Origin: a virus
Length of the DNA stretch: 64,000 bases
Reading direction: 5' to 3' (one strand)
Virus record (IMG/VR): IMGVR_UViG_3300025892_000010
The translations under genes were made by a program, and so were the position numbers. This document shows positions 9,414 to 17,676 of this stretch, in pieces. The notes beneath the pieces were generated by a model. The model made no database searches and was not told the origin of the DNA. It saw only the letters and a program-made list of their open reading frames with translations. Each line of letters begins with the position of its first letter. The stretch's first letter is position 1.

Positions 9414-9487
9414 TGGAGCGGCTAGTAGGTAACGCTCCTACGTCTGCGAGTTGGTAACCCGCCGTAATACTTTTATACGATAGCCGC
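9414..9487 (-). tRNA. tRNA-Gly with ACC anticodon and encoded CCA
   Basis: Acceptor GCGGCTA/TAGCCGC, discriminator T then CCA, anticodon arm GCGGG-TTACCAA-CTCGC, T arm GTAGG-AGCGTTA-CCTAC. Confidence 0.85.
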
Positions 9488-9494
9488 ATTATTT

Positions 9495-9523
9495 AATATA
9501 TCAAATTTCATTGAAATTGGCAA
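9495..9523 (-). promoter_or_regulatory. sigma70-type promoter for tRNA and gp45 operon
   Basis: TTGCCA-N17-TATATT, 7 nt before the tRNA 5' end. Confidence 0.55.
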
Positions 9524-9534
9524 TGCTCCTTTGA

Positions 9535-10755
9535 TTATATAAGGACAAGTTCATTTTGTTTATGTACCTTGCCTATAACTGGTAAGGTTCCGTATATTTC
9601 CACATTTGTGTTAATAATAGGTAGTACAACCTCGCCGTTAATTTGTCTTTTAAAGTAAGAGTTACCAATATTAATTACTTCTTGAGCGTAATTTGTATTG
9701 TGATTTTTAACTCTTTCATCATATTGTTCTTCTAATTTTTGAATTGTATTCATAGTATCTAAAGTAGATGTATGTAATACAAGTCTAATAGTTTTACCTG
9801 CAAAGTTAGTATTGTTTGCAATAGCAGCTACTCTGGATAAATTTTTAGTCCAGTATGAAGCCGCACCTATAACATACAAATATTCATTTAGATGTTTTTC
9901 ACCTAGTTTAGTTTGTACATAACAAGATTCTTTAGCAGACAAACCACTATTAGGATATTGGTCTTTTGCTTTCTTATAACCTTGTTCTATCATCCAATCG
10001 TGTACTCTTTCAGGAGTCCAAGAATTAATATAAGGTCTTGAAGCATTATTATTTAAAAGTGATTGAGCTATAATGTTTTTAGTATTGTCTGTAAAATGAC
10101 TACCCTCGGTAACTTCATTTACCCAAGCATTAATCTCATCTAAATTTTTACCTAAATCTAAATCATTAATTAGTTCTTGACCTACTAAAATTACATCACC
10201 AGTTGAAGCAACACCTGTTGGGTCATCAATTAAATTAAACTTTAAATTATTTGTTGCTAAAGTTTTGTTATCTTTTACTGAATAAACGGCTACAATAGCA
10301 TTTTTAAAATCGCAAGTTTTCTTTAAAATTTCTACCCTAGTTCTACCTGTTAAAAATCTAATTGAACCATCTGGATATTCAACGATTGCTATAGGGTTGT
10401 ATTTTAATTTAAAACCGTTTTCTAAAATAGAGTTTCTAATACCAATGTGTTTTTTATTAGTTGTAGCTCTACCTTTTTGTTTACCATATTTGTTTTTTAG
10501 ATTGTCAAATAATACATCTATATCTCTTAATTCAAATCTCTGAAAGAATAATCCTTTATCTTCTCTATCATATAATTCAGGATAGGCTTCTTTAACAATA
10601 AGTCTATCGTGTGTTTTTAAATTCTCATCTGTAAATCTATCCGTATTATTAACGTTTACAATAATTGAATTGTCGTTATTAATAATTTTTGGTTGTGATT
10701 GAATATCAAAAGCTGTGTCTAGCCTTTGATTAGTTTGTGGAATATTTAATGTCAT
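9535..10755 (-). CDS. Hypothetical protein with ParB/Srx-like segment (start probably ATG 10755)
   Basis: SILENGF...PIAI...FLTGRTRVEIL resembles the ParB N-terminal GxxR motif. Confidence 0.45.
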   Translation of the reverse strand: MTLNIPQTNQRLDTAFDIQSQPKIINNDNSIIVNVNNTDRFTDENLKTHDRLIVKEAYPELYDREDKGLFFQRFELRDIDVLFDNLKNKYGKQKGRATTNKKHIGIRNSILENGFKLKYNPIAIVEYPDGSIRFLTGRTRVEILKKTCDFKNAIVAVYSVKDNKTLATNNLKFNLIDDPTGVASTGDVILVGQELINDLDLGKNLDEINAWVNEVTEGSHFTDNTKNIIAQSLLNNNASRPYINSWTPERVHDWMIEQGYKKAKDQYPNSGLSAKESCYVQTKLGEKHLNEYLYVIGAASYWTKNLSRVAAIANNTNFAGKTIRLVLHTSTLDTMNTIQKLEEQYDERVKNHNTNYAQEVINIGNSYFKRQINGEVVLPIINTNVEIYGTLPVIGKVHKQNELVLI

Positions 10756-10834
10756 AATTACTTTCTGCGACCTTTGTCGCTTTTCAATTTGTTTATACAA
10801 ACAACAAAATTTTTTGTTTTAGTTTATATAATCC

Positions 10835-10880
10835 TATTTATACACTAAAGGCGTCCCATTGTCAATGCTGGAACGCCTCT
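10835..10880 (-). promoter_or_regulatory. Hairpin after hsp20 overlapping a combined sigma70/late promoter
   Basis: Stem AGGCGTTCCA/TGGGACGCCT with TTGACA in the loop; TTGACA-N17-TATAAATA. Confidence 0.55.
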
Positions 10881-10891
10881 AGTTTTAATCA

Positions 10892-11344
10892 TTATTTAAT
10901 ATTGATTGTTCTAGCCTTTTTATGGTCTGGAATAATCTTCTCTAAAGATACTCTTAAAAGTCCATCTTTTAATTCAGCACCTTTAACTTCAACGTCATCA
11001 GCGATTGTAAATGATTTAGTGAAGTTTCTTTTAGCAATGCCTTTGTGTAATACACCGTCATTGTCTTCTACTTCTTTTTCATCTTTATCTTTTACAGATT
11101 TAATTACAAGAACATTGTCCTCATAGTTTACTGATATATCTTTTTTACCATAACCTGCTAATGCCACCTCAATATTATATGTTAAAGAACCTGTCTTTAC
11201 AATATTGTATGGTGGATAGTTGTTAGCCGTCATATGTGGTAGATGATTTGATATTGTATCAAAATGGTCAAACATTTCGTCAAACCCCACGGTAAACGGT
11301 TTTAGTCCAGTAAAAATTGAATGAATTGCTTTGTGATTGGTCAT
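10892..11344 (-). CDS. hsp20: Small heat shock protein
   Basis: NYPPYNI, IEVALAGY, LHKGIAKRNF, GAELKDGLL. Confidence 0.95.
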   Translation of the reverse strand: MTNHKAIHSIFTGLKPFTVGFDEMFDHFDTISNHLPHMTANNYPPYNIVKTGSLTYNIEVALAGYGKKDISVNYEDNVLVIKSVKDKDEKEVEDNDGVLHKGIAKRNFTKSFTIADDVEVKGAELKDGLLRVSLEKIIPDHKKARTINIK

Positions 11345-11404
11345 TAGAACCTCCTTATTTTAAGCAAAGTTAATATTTGATACCTCTTATGAGCGTATCA
11401 TTAT

Positions 11405-11437
11405 TATTTATATAGTCATTATATTTCATATTTCAAG
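11405..11437 (-). promoter_or_regulatory. RpoH-like promoter overlapping a late promoter, upstream of hsp20
   Basis: CTTGAA-N16-CTATAT overlapping TATAAATA. Confidence 0.5.
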
Positions 11438-11780
11438 TGGTAGTTTTTCTTTTTTGAGTTTAAAACTACCAAAACATTAACTCGCAGCTTTAGTTTGTTT
11501 TTTTACAGGTGGTGCGAAACTAAGCGCAAATGCTAAAACAATCCACCATTGAGTTTCACTCTCGCTCTACTCAACAACTTTCAGGCAGAGGTAGGTCTCA
11601 CCCTCTTTATACTAACTTATCTTACTAAGCCTATCACCGTAGTGCTACGAAGACCAATGAGCCCAAAACTCATAATTCTTGGTGGTTTTTATAGAGACCA
11701 CCAACTCTACCGGTTCGTTAATAGATTAACAGGTCGGCAACCTCTCCACGCCAGCAGGACTTACGAGTTGCCCGCTCATC
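11438..11780 (-). ncRNA. Structured ncRNA region with tandem H-type pseudoknots
   Basis: GC-richer non-coding gap with many complementary stems; late-promoter-like GATAAATA at 11783-11790. Confidence 0.6.
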
Positions 11781-11814
11781 TATATTTATCATCATCTAGG
11801 CACAGGCGGGGAAA

Positions 11815-12024
11815 TTAGTAACCTCTTGTTTGTTCAAGTTTCTTCATCTTTTTCTTGAAGTTCTTGATACCCTCTTTTTTCTTCTCACGCTTGATTTCAC
11901 TAGGCTTTTGATAGTATTGTTTAGCTCTTAACTCTTTTACAATACCCTCTTTTTGTACTTTTTTCTTAAGCACTCTCATAGCTTTTTCAAGGTTTCCTTT
12001 TCTTACTTCTACAACTATTGACAA
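11815..12024 (-). CDS. rpsU: Ribosomal protein bS21
   Basis: VEVRKGNLEKAMRVLKKK...YYQKPSE. Confidence 0.9.
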   Translation of the reverse strand: MSIVVEVRKGNLEKAMRVLKKKVQKEGIVKELRAKQYYQKPSEIKREKKKEGIKNFKKKMKKLEQTRGY

Positions 12025-12029
12025 ATTAA

Positions 12030-12149
12030 TTACCTTCCTTCCTTGTCGTTGTTATTAGAATCAATACAATTAAGTATTAAATATAAAACACCAATACTAA
12101 TTGGTATGGTTATAAACAAAAATAATATAGCACTCTCAATATCAAACAT
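12030..12149 (-). CDS. 39-aa membrane peptide MFDIESAILFLFITIPISIGVLYLILNCIDSNNNDKEGR; not in ORF track
   Basis: ATG to TAA with upstream GGAAAG; one TM-like helix. Confidence 0.5.
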   Translation of the reverse strand: MFDIESAILFLFITIPISIGVLYLILNCIDSNNNDKEGR

Positions 12150-12164
12150 AAATTCTTTCCGTGT

Positions 12165-12198
12165 AAAAACGGTGACGAGGCCACTACACCTCGCCACC
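12165..12198 (-). terminator. Rho-independent terminator after cobS
   Basis: GGTGGCGAGG-loop-CCTCGTCACC followed by GTTTTT. Confidence 0.7.
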
Positions 12199-12219
12199 AA
12201 GGACTTACACTATGATAAT

Positions 12220-13440
12220 TTAGATAACGTCAGCGTCATCCGAGGATTCATCTTCCTCATCCGTTTGAGAGTCAACTTCAGCTTTTCTCTGGTCTTCAGC
12301 GATTTGCTCGGCAGAAGCACCAGCGTCCACTTTAGTGTATAACTCCATAAACGAATTCTTTGTATCATCATCAAATCTATTCGTACAAACTTCAATAGCT
12401 TTTATTTTTTGATTAAAGATTGTATAGGCTTGAATAATGTGGACTAATCTTCTCGTTGAGATAATCTCATCAACACCACCGTCAAAGTAGGTTTTTCTGA
12501 TTACATCAGCCCAAGTTACCAACTTCTTACAAAAGTCGGCGTCTTTTTTACCAGACTTGGCAAGAGTACCAACTAGGATTTTTTCTTCAATCTTAGCAGT
12601 AGGATACTTTTGCTCAAAGGTAATTGGAAATCTTTCCAAGAACGCTTCGTTAAGTACGTTAGTACCTATAAATTTACCGTCATCACTACCTTGACCTTTT
12701 GTATTGGCAGTAGCAACAACATTGAAGCCATTAGCAGGTTTTACAAACTTGTTAATCTTCTTAACATAAACACCTGAGCCTTCAAGTATCGGTTGTAAAC
12801 ACATAATCTTGTTAGAGGCAAGGTCAATCTCATCAAGAAGCAACAATGCACCTCTCTCCATCGCCTCAATAACAGGACCATTTTGCCAAACGGTCTGACC
12901 ATCTTTAAGTCTGTAACCACCTAAAAGGTCATCTTCATCTGTTTCAATTGTAATGTTAACCCTAATCAGTTCTTTTCTTGCTTCGGCACAAGCTTGGGTC
13001 ACACCCATAGTTTTACCGTTACCAGATAAACCTGTAATGAATACAGGATAAAACATATTAGATTTTACAATTGATTTTAAATCGGGATAATTACCGAATG
13101 ATACGAACACAGGATCCTTTTTAGGAACAATGTCGCCAACTAATGAAGATACCACATAGGCAGCTTCAGAGTTAGTTGTAGTTTCAATAGGTAAAACTTT
13201 TTCAGTTTCGCCTTTAGTTTTAACTACTTCGTTTTCAGTAGGTAATTTAAAGAGTGATTTGCCAACTTTGAAATCACTATTTTTTATCAACCATTGTGGC
13301 GCATACTTGCAACCAAAATGTTTGTTGGCGCTCTTTAATTGAGTCACCGTCAATTCGTTTGTACCAAACTTTTTAACAGCATAGTCAACGAATTCTTGTT
13401 GTTTAGCATTTAACATAGTGTATTGTCCTTTCGCTTTCAT
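12220..13440 (-). CDS. cobS: CobS/MoxR-like AAA+ ATPase (true start may be 13416)
   Basis: GLSGNGKT, LLLDEID, TANTKGQG, NEAFLERF, ISTRRL. Confidence 0.88.
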   Translation of the reverse strand: MKAKGQYTMLNAKQQEFVDYAVKKFGTNELTVTQLKSANKHFGCKYAPQWLIKNSDFKVGKSLFKLPTENEVVKTKGETEKVLPIETTTNSEAAYVVSSLVGDIVPKKDPVFVSFGNYPDLKSIVKSNMFYPVFITGLSGNGKTMGVTQACAEARKELIRVNITIETDEDDLLGGYRLKDGQTVWQNGPVIEAMERGALLLLDEIDLASNKIMCLQPILEGSGVYVKKINKFVKPANGFNVVATANTKGQGSDDGKFIGTNVLNEAFLERFPITFEQKYPTAKIEEKILVGTLAKSGKKDADFCKKLVTWADVIRKTYFDGGVDEIISTRRLVHIIQAYTIFNQKIKAIEVCTNRFDDDTKNSFMELYTKVDAGASAEQIAEDQRKAEVDSQTDEEDESSDDADVI

Positions 13441-13456
13441 TATTAATTATACGTAT

Positions 13457-13485
13457 ATCCTATCATACTGATTCGCTTTTGGCAA
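13457..13485 (-). promoter_or_regulatory. sigma70-type promoter
   Basis: TTGCCA-N17-TAGGAT. Confidence 0.6.
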
Positions 13486-13526
13486 CCCATAAAATTTATG
13501 AGACCAGGTAAGGGTTGTGGAACCCA

Positions 13527-15803
13527 TTAAGCAACCTCCTGTATGAATTTGTTTAAAACTACTCTTGAAGTGATTCGGTTCTTCATAGAACCAGCAAACA
13601 ATCTTTTTAATTCACTAGTAGTTCCTTTCTTAACGGTAGCATCCTGCATATTAAAGTTCTCAACATTCATAGCTTTACCATTGATTAAGAAATATTTGTT
13701 ATATCCAAACTTATCAACAACAACTGCTTTTTCTTTAGTCATTTGTTTTCTCATAGCTAGATATTTTTTGTCTCTATCAAAATAGTCTTTAGCGTCAACA
13801 TATCTTTCTAGGTCCCATCTTCTAATTCTTTTTAGAATATAAAAACCAATAGTGTTTACATCATAAGTATGTTTAATATGTTCTAATATCATACCAGTAA
13901 GGTTTTCATCTGAATCTTTTTTGACTAATTTTTTCTTACCAATCATATATACTTTTTCAGTAGACCAATCATAATCTTTATTGTCACCAAAAACTTTACC
14001 TCTCATACCATTGGCACCACCATCTGTTAGAGTAATAAAAGTCATCTTCTCAATACCATATTTTTTCTTAAACATTGGTACCAATTCATTACAATAAACT
14101 AAAGCTTCGTTTAATGGTGTATTACCTAAACTGAATTCGCTTGGTATACCATAAGCAGAGGGCTTATTATGGTCATAGTCTCTATAACCTCTACCATAAT
14201 TAGACTTGTAATAATCTCCCATATGGTACATATACATCATAGATAAATCTAATTGTCTTTTAGTCATTTTGTGGCTGGCAACATTAACTAAATTAAAGTT
14301 TTCAAAATACCAATCACCATCTTTATATGTAAATGACTTATCATAACCAGTAGAATCAGACATATATTTTCTTTCACTAGTAAAGAAGTAAACCTCAAAA
14401 GGTATATTAACTCTTCTAACAAACTCTACCAAGTTAATTAATTGTTGTATGGTTTCACTCAATACATCTGACATAGAACCTGACCAATCAAGCAACATCA
14501 TCATACCGTGGTTTTTACCATCAGGAACAATAGTCAATCTTTTGAATATGTCATCACTATGTTTGTATTTTGGCAATTTTAATGGGTCAATAATACCAGT
14601 TTTATCTGTACTTGCTCTCTTATAAGCAGTAGCGGCTTTTTTCATTTCAAATTCTTTTACAAGATATGATACCGTTTTTTTATTATCTTTGATAAACTTT
14701 TTGTAATCATTTAATAACCACTTATCATATGAAGCTGTATTAGTATAACTTCTCGCTTTGACTTTTTCTTTTTCAAAAGCTTTTAAGAAATCTTGGTAAG
14801 AAGTCAAACCGTCTTTAAAGTTTGCTTTTGGAATATTACCATAAGTATAACCTTTAATGTCTCTGTTTAATAATTCTGTATGTTTATTATCAAAAGCTTC
14901 CTGTGTAACCGCTTTAAGTAATTTACCATTATCAAAATCACCACCAGCACCAGGTCCATAATGAGAAGACTCTTCTTTATTTTTATCTTTCTCATCTGAT
15001 TTTTTACCCTCTTCAAGGTCGCCATCTTGGTTAGCAGACTTTTCACTATCTGCTTTTTCATCACCAAAGTTATTGAAATCATTTTTTTCATCAGCGTCAT
15101 CACTTGACTCATCTGATTCTTGATAAGCATTTGATTCTTCTTCATCATCAAAATCATCTTCATCATTACCAAGGTCATAATTTTTAGCAATAACGTGATT
15201 GTCAAAATCTGGTAACTTCTTCATTTGCTCAACTTGTTTTTTCTGCCAATCAATTAACTCTTTGGCCAAAGCAACGGTATCAGCAAACGTTTTGATAGCG
15301 TCAACTTTAGCCAACCATTTTTTATCATCAGGAGCAAATATGAATGGTAATCTGTTTAATGATTTACTTCTCATATTAATTTTGTCAATTAACATAAGGT
15401 CTTTATTAATATCTTTACCTAGTAAACCAAAGAAATTCTTTTTATCTAATAAATCAAAACCGTTTTGATAGTTTCTAACAACACCAGGATATTTGTTTTG
15501 AATTAACTTGTCAATTCTAGTATCTTCAAGGACATTAACATATGCTCTTAATTCTTGGTCATCACATATTGAAGACCATTCTTCATATGGTGTCCATAAA
15601 GCGTGAGCACATTCGTGAGCAATTAACATATCATACACATCACCTTTTTGTTCTTTAAAAATAGGTAATGTTAGTACACGATTCTTTACATCAAAAGAAG
15701 CTGTCTTAACTTTGTTGTGTTGGATTATTATATTCTCTGTAGCAATTAGTTTTGCTAGAGTGCCTTTTACATCAAGATTTATCATAGTGTTGTCCTTTTT
15801 CAT
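13527..15803 (-). CDS. CobT-like protein: HExxH domain, acidic linker, vWA domain (true start may be 15785)
   Basis: HECAH, NVLEDTRI, LLDWSGSM MIDAS, TPL, LTDG; adjacent to the MoxR ATPase. Confidence 0.82.
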   Translation of the reverse strand: MKKDNTMINLDVKGTLAKLIATENIIIQHNKVKTASFDVKNRVLTLPIFKEQKGDVYDMLIAHECAHALWTPYEEWSSICDDQELRAYVNVLEDTRIDKLIQNKYPGVVRNYQNGFDLLDKKNFFGLLGKDINKDLMLIDKINMRSKSLNRLPFIFAPDDKKWLAKVDAIKTFADTVALAKELIDWQKKQVEQMKKLPDFDNHVIAKNYDLGNDEDDFDDEEESNAYQESDESSDDADEKNDFNNFGDEKADSEKSANQDGDLEEGKKSDEKDKNKEESSHYGPGAGGDFDNGKLLKAVTQEAFDNKHTELLNRDIKGYTYGNIPKANFKDGLTSYQDFLKAFEKEKVKARSYTNTASYDKWLLNDYKKFIKDNKKTVSYLVKEFEMKKAATAYKRASTDKTGIIDPLKLPKYKHSDDIFKRLTIVPDGKNHGMMMLLDWSGSMSDVLSETIQQLINLVEFVRRVNIPFEVYFFTSERKYMSDSTGYDKSFTYKDGDWYFENFNLVNVASHKMTKRQLDLSMMYMYHMGDYYKSNYGRGYRDYDHNKPSAYGIPSEFSLGNTPLNEALVYCNELVPMFKKKYGIEKMTFITLTDGGANGMRGKVFGDNKDYDWSTEKVYMIGKKKLVKKDSDENLTGMILEHIKHTYDVNTIGFYILKRIRRWDLERYVDAKDYFDRDKKYLAMRKQMTKEKAVVVDKFGYNKYFLINGKAMNVENFNMQDATVKKGTTSELKRLFAGSMKNRITSRVVLNKFIQEVA

Positions 15804-15812
15804 TATGTATAT

Positions 15813-15841
15813 ATCCTACAGGAGAAAATCGCAAATGTCAA
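15813..15841 (-). promoter_or_regulatory. sigma70-type promoter
   Basis: TTGACA-N17-TAGGAT. Confidence 0.7.
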
Positions 15842-15918
15842 GCGTTTTATTTCCTACGGTCCATAACGGTTACCGACTATACTATGTTCTGGTATTGTTC
15901 TATTTTGTGTGATTCTTG

Positions 15919-16335
15919 CTACCGATTGTCGCCGGAACCTGATAGTTTCCCACGATTCGCTCTGTCTAGTAGTTTATCTAAATTAGTGTTAGCAATGTCG
16001 GAAAGCTTAAAACCAATATCATCAGCCAATATACTGATATACCAAAGGCAATCGCCAAGTTCTTTGGCGAGCTCTCCTCTATAATCTTTATTATTTTCAT
16101 ATCCGTCTCTTAATAGTTTTTTGACCTTGTTAGCTACTTCTCCTGCTTCACCGGTCAATCCTAATGTCGGATATACTATGGCCTGTTCTCTCGGATATAT
16201 TGCCGTTGTCTTTGCAACCCTTTGGTACATATCTAGGTCGCTTACTCTTTTGTATTTATGATTCTCATTTGTTCTAGTACCAAATTCTTTTTCCAATTGT
16301 CCTTCTCCTTGTTCTTCAAGATATAAATTTGTCAT
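15919..16335 (-). CDS. mazG: MazG-like nucleotide pyrophosphohydrolase
   Basis: GLTGEAGEVANKVKK, KELGDCLWY, GSGDNR. Confidence 0.85.
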   Translation of the reverse strand: MTNLYLEEQGEGQLEKEFGTRTNENHKYKRVSDLDMYQRVAKTTAIYPREQAIVYPTLGLTGEAGEVANKVKKLLRDGYENNKDYRGELAKELGDCLWYISILADDIGFKLSDIANTNLDKLLDRANRGKLSGSGDNR

Positions 16336-16339
16336 TTAG

Positions 16340-17638
16340 TTATCTTCCTACCTGTGTTAAATATTTTGATTTACATTCTTCCCAAGACATATAGATAATA
16401 TCATCATAGAAATGTGTCTCTTTAGATACTCTGTCTTGTTTCTTTAAACTAGCCAATCTCTTCTTGGCGTACTTGTTCTTCCATAAATCAGTTAATGCTT
16501 CTACTGAATTGTCAAATTTTCTTATTAATTTGTCTTCTTTTATTTCTTCTCTTAAAAATTCTCTAGTATTTTCGTATAATTCACCAAAGTATATGCCTCT
16601 AGCGTGTTCAGACTTTATAAGTTTCTTATCTATACCTAGTTTATTATATGTAAATGTATGACTTCTATTTCTATGGTCTCTTTTATGTGGTTGACCTGTG
16701 TCTTTCTTTGCAACATACCATTCAAAGTATTTGTAAGTGTGTTGTTTCTTTAACCAGTTTTGTATCATCATTCTAGTTGGTTTTAATGGTTCATATGAAA
16801 CTGAACCAGCAGTCCAACCCATTTTCTTCCAGTTTTTAAGTCTATCATATTGTGATAATGGTATTGTTTTTGTTTTACCATATAGACTTGTTGTGGTTAC
16901 ACCTACTAGTTTATCTTTATATTGATATTCCCAGGTCTTTTCTACCGTATCTGATAGACATAGTAAAGCTAGTAGTTTCCCACCAACCAGGTTGTATCCA
17001 AGCGGCTGTATTGGTACAATTGTACTTCCGATACACGTATGATTAATCATTCTTTGCGTCTTGGCCTCACGTTCCCAGCCAATGTAATTGTCTCTAGGTG
17101 TAAGGTCTAGGAAATCACTAGACATACAGGTAACACCAAGTAATTTCTTTGTTTTCTTATCTCTAATTAAAAAGTTTAAATTTCTACCAATATTACTATT
17201 GTTTTTCATAGTAGATAAAAACGTTCTCATACCATTCCAGATTGCTGGCATATTGGCACCAGTAATAGATTTTACATCATCACCATCTGTCCATAATAAT
17301 TCAGGTTCTAAATTTAAGTATTCTTCGGGGTCTTCAGGCAACCAGAAATTGTTTTTAATCTCTTGTAGTAAAGCGCCTTGTTGTGGATTTTTAAGTGCTG
17401 GTTTATCATCAAAGAAACTATTTGTTTCTGCTGTAGGATATTTGTCGTGTACCTCACACCATTTTTGATATAAAGTATATTCTTTTACATCCATTTGAGA
17501 TACATAAGATAAATCTTTAATGATTGTTTCTTTTAATGTATCTGTATCTATATCTGGTATTTTGTCTAATGGATTGTGTTCTTGCCAACTTTCCCATTGG
17601 TCGTCAATAGACATACCTTTTTTCCACGAATAAGCCAT
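16340..17638 (-). CDS. DUF4338 (DruA-like) family protein
   Basis: GRNLNFLIRD, PRDNYIGW, IVPIQPLGYNLVGGKLLALL, TTTSLYG, SQYDRL. Confidence 0.7.
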   Translation of the reverse strand: MAYSWKKGMSIDDQWESWQEHNPLDKIPDIDTDTLKETIIKDLSYVSQMDVKEYTLYQKWCEVHDKYPTAETNSFFDDKPALKNPQQGALLQEIKNNFWLPEDPEEYLNLEPELLWTDGDDVKSITGANMPAIWNGMRTFLSTMKNNSNIGRNLNFLIRDKKTKKLLGVTCMSSDFLDLTPRDNYIGWEREAKTQRMINHTCIGSTIVPIQPLGYNLVGGKLLALLCLSDTVEKTWEYQYKDKLVGVTTTSLYGKTKTIPLSQYDRLKNWKKMGWTAGSVSYEPLKPTRMMIQNWLKKQHTYKYFEWYVAKKDTGQPHKRDHRNRSHTFTYNKLGIDKKLIKSEHARGIYFGELYENTREFLREEIKEDKLIRKFDNSVEALTDLWKNKYAKKRLASLKKQDRVSKETHFYDDIIYMSWEECKSKYLTQVGR

Positions 17639-17647
17639 AATATATAC

Positions 17648-17676
17648 ATCCTATACTAAAAAATTATAATTGTCAA
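17648..17676 (-). promoter_or_regulatory. sigma70-type promoter
   Basis: TTGACA-N17-TAGGAT, 9 nt before ATG, no SD. Confidence 0.7.

Noticed and set aside
11438-11780. tmRNA or SAM-II/SAM-V riboswitch call
   Set aside because: No tRNA-like T-arm/acceptor pair or tag frame found and riboswitch core nucleotides not convincingly matched; left as unclassified ncRNA
11549-11818. 89-aa plus-strand ORF in the bS21-hsp20 gap
   Set aside because: TTG start, atypical composition, antisense to the local transcription; the region is better explained as structured RNA
12220-15803. Cobalamin biosynthesis role for the cobS/cobT-like genes
   Set aside because: No CobN or other cob genes; a MoxR-vWA chaperone pair is the simpler reading
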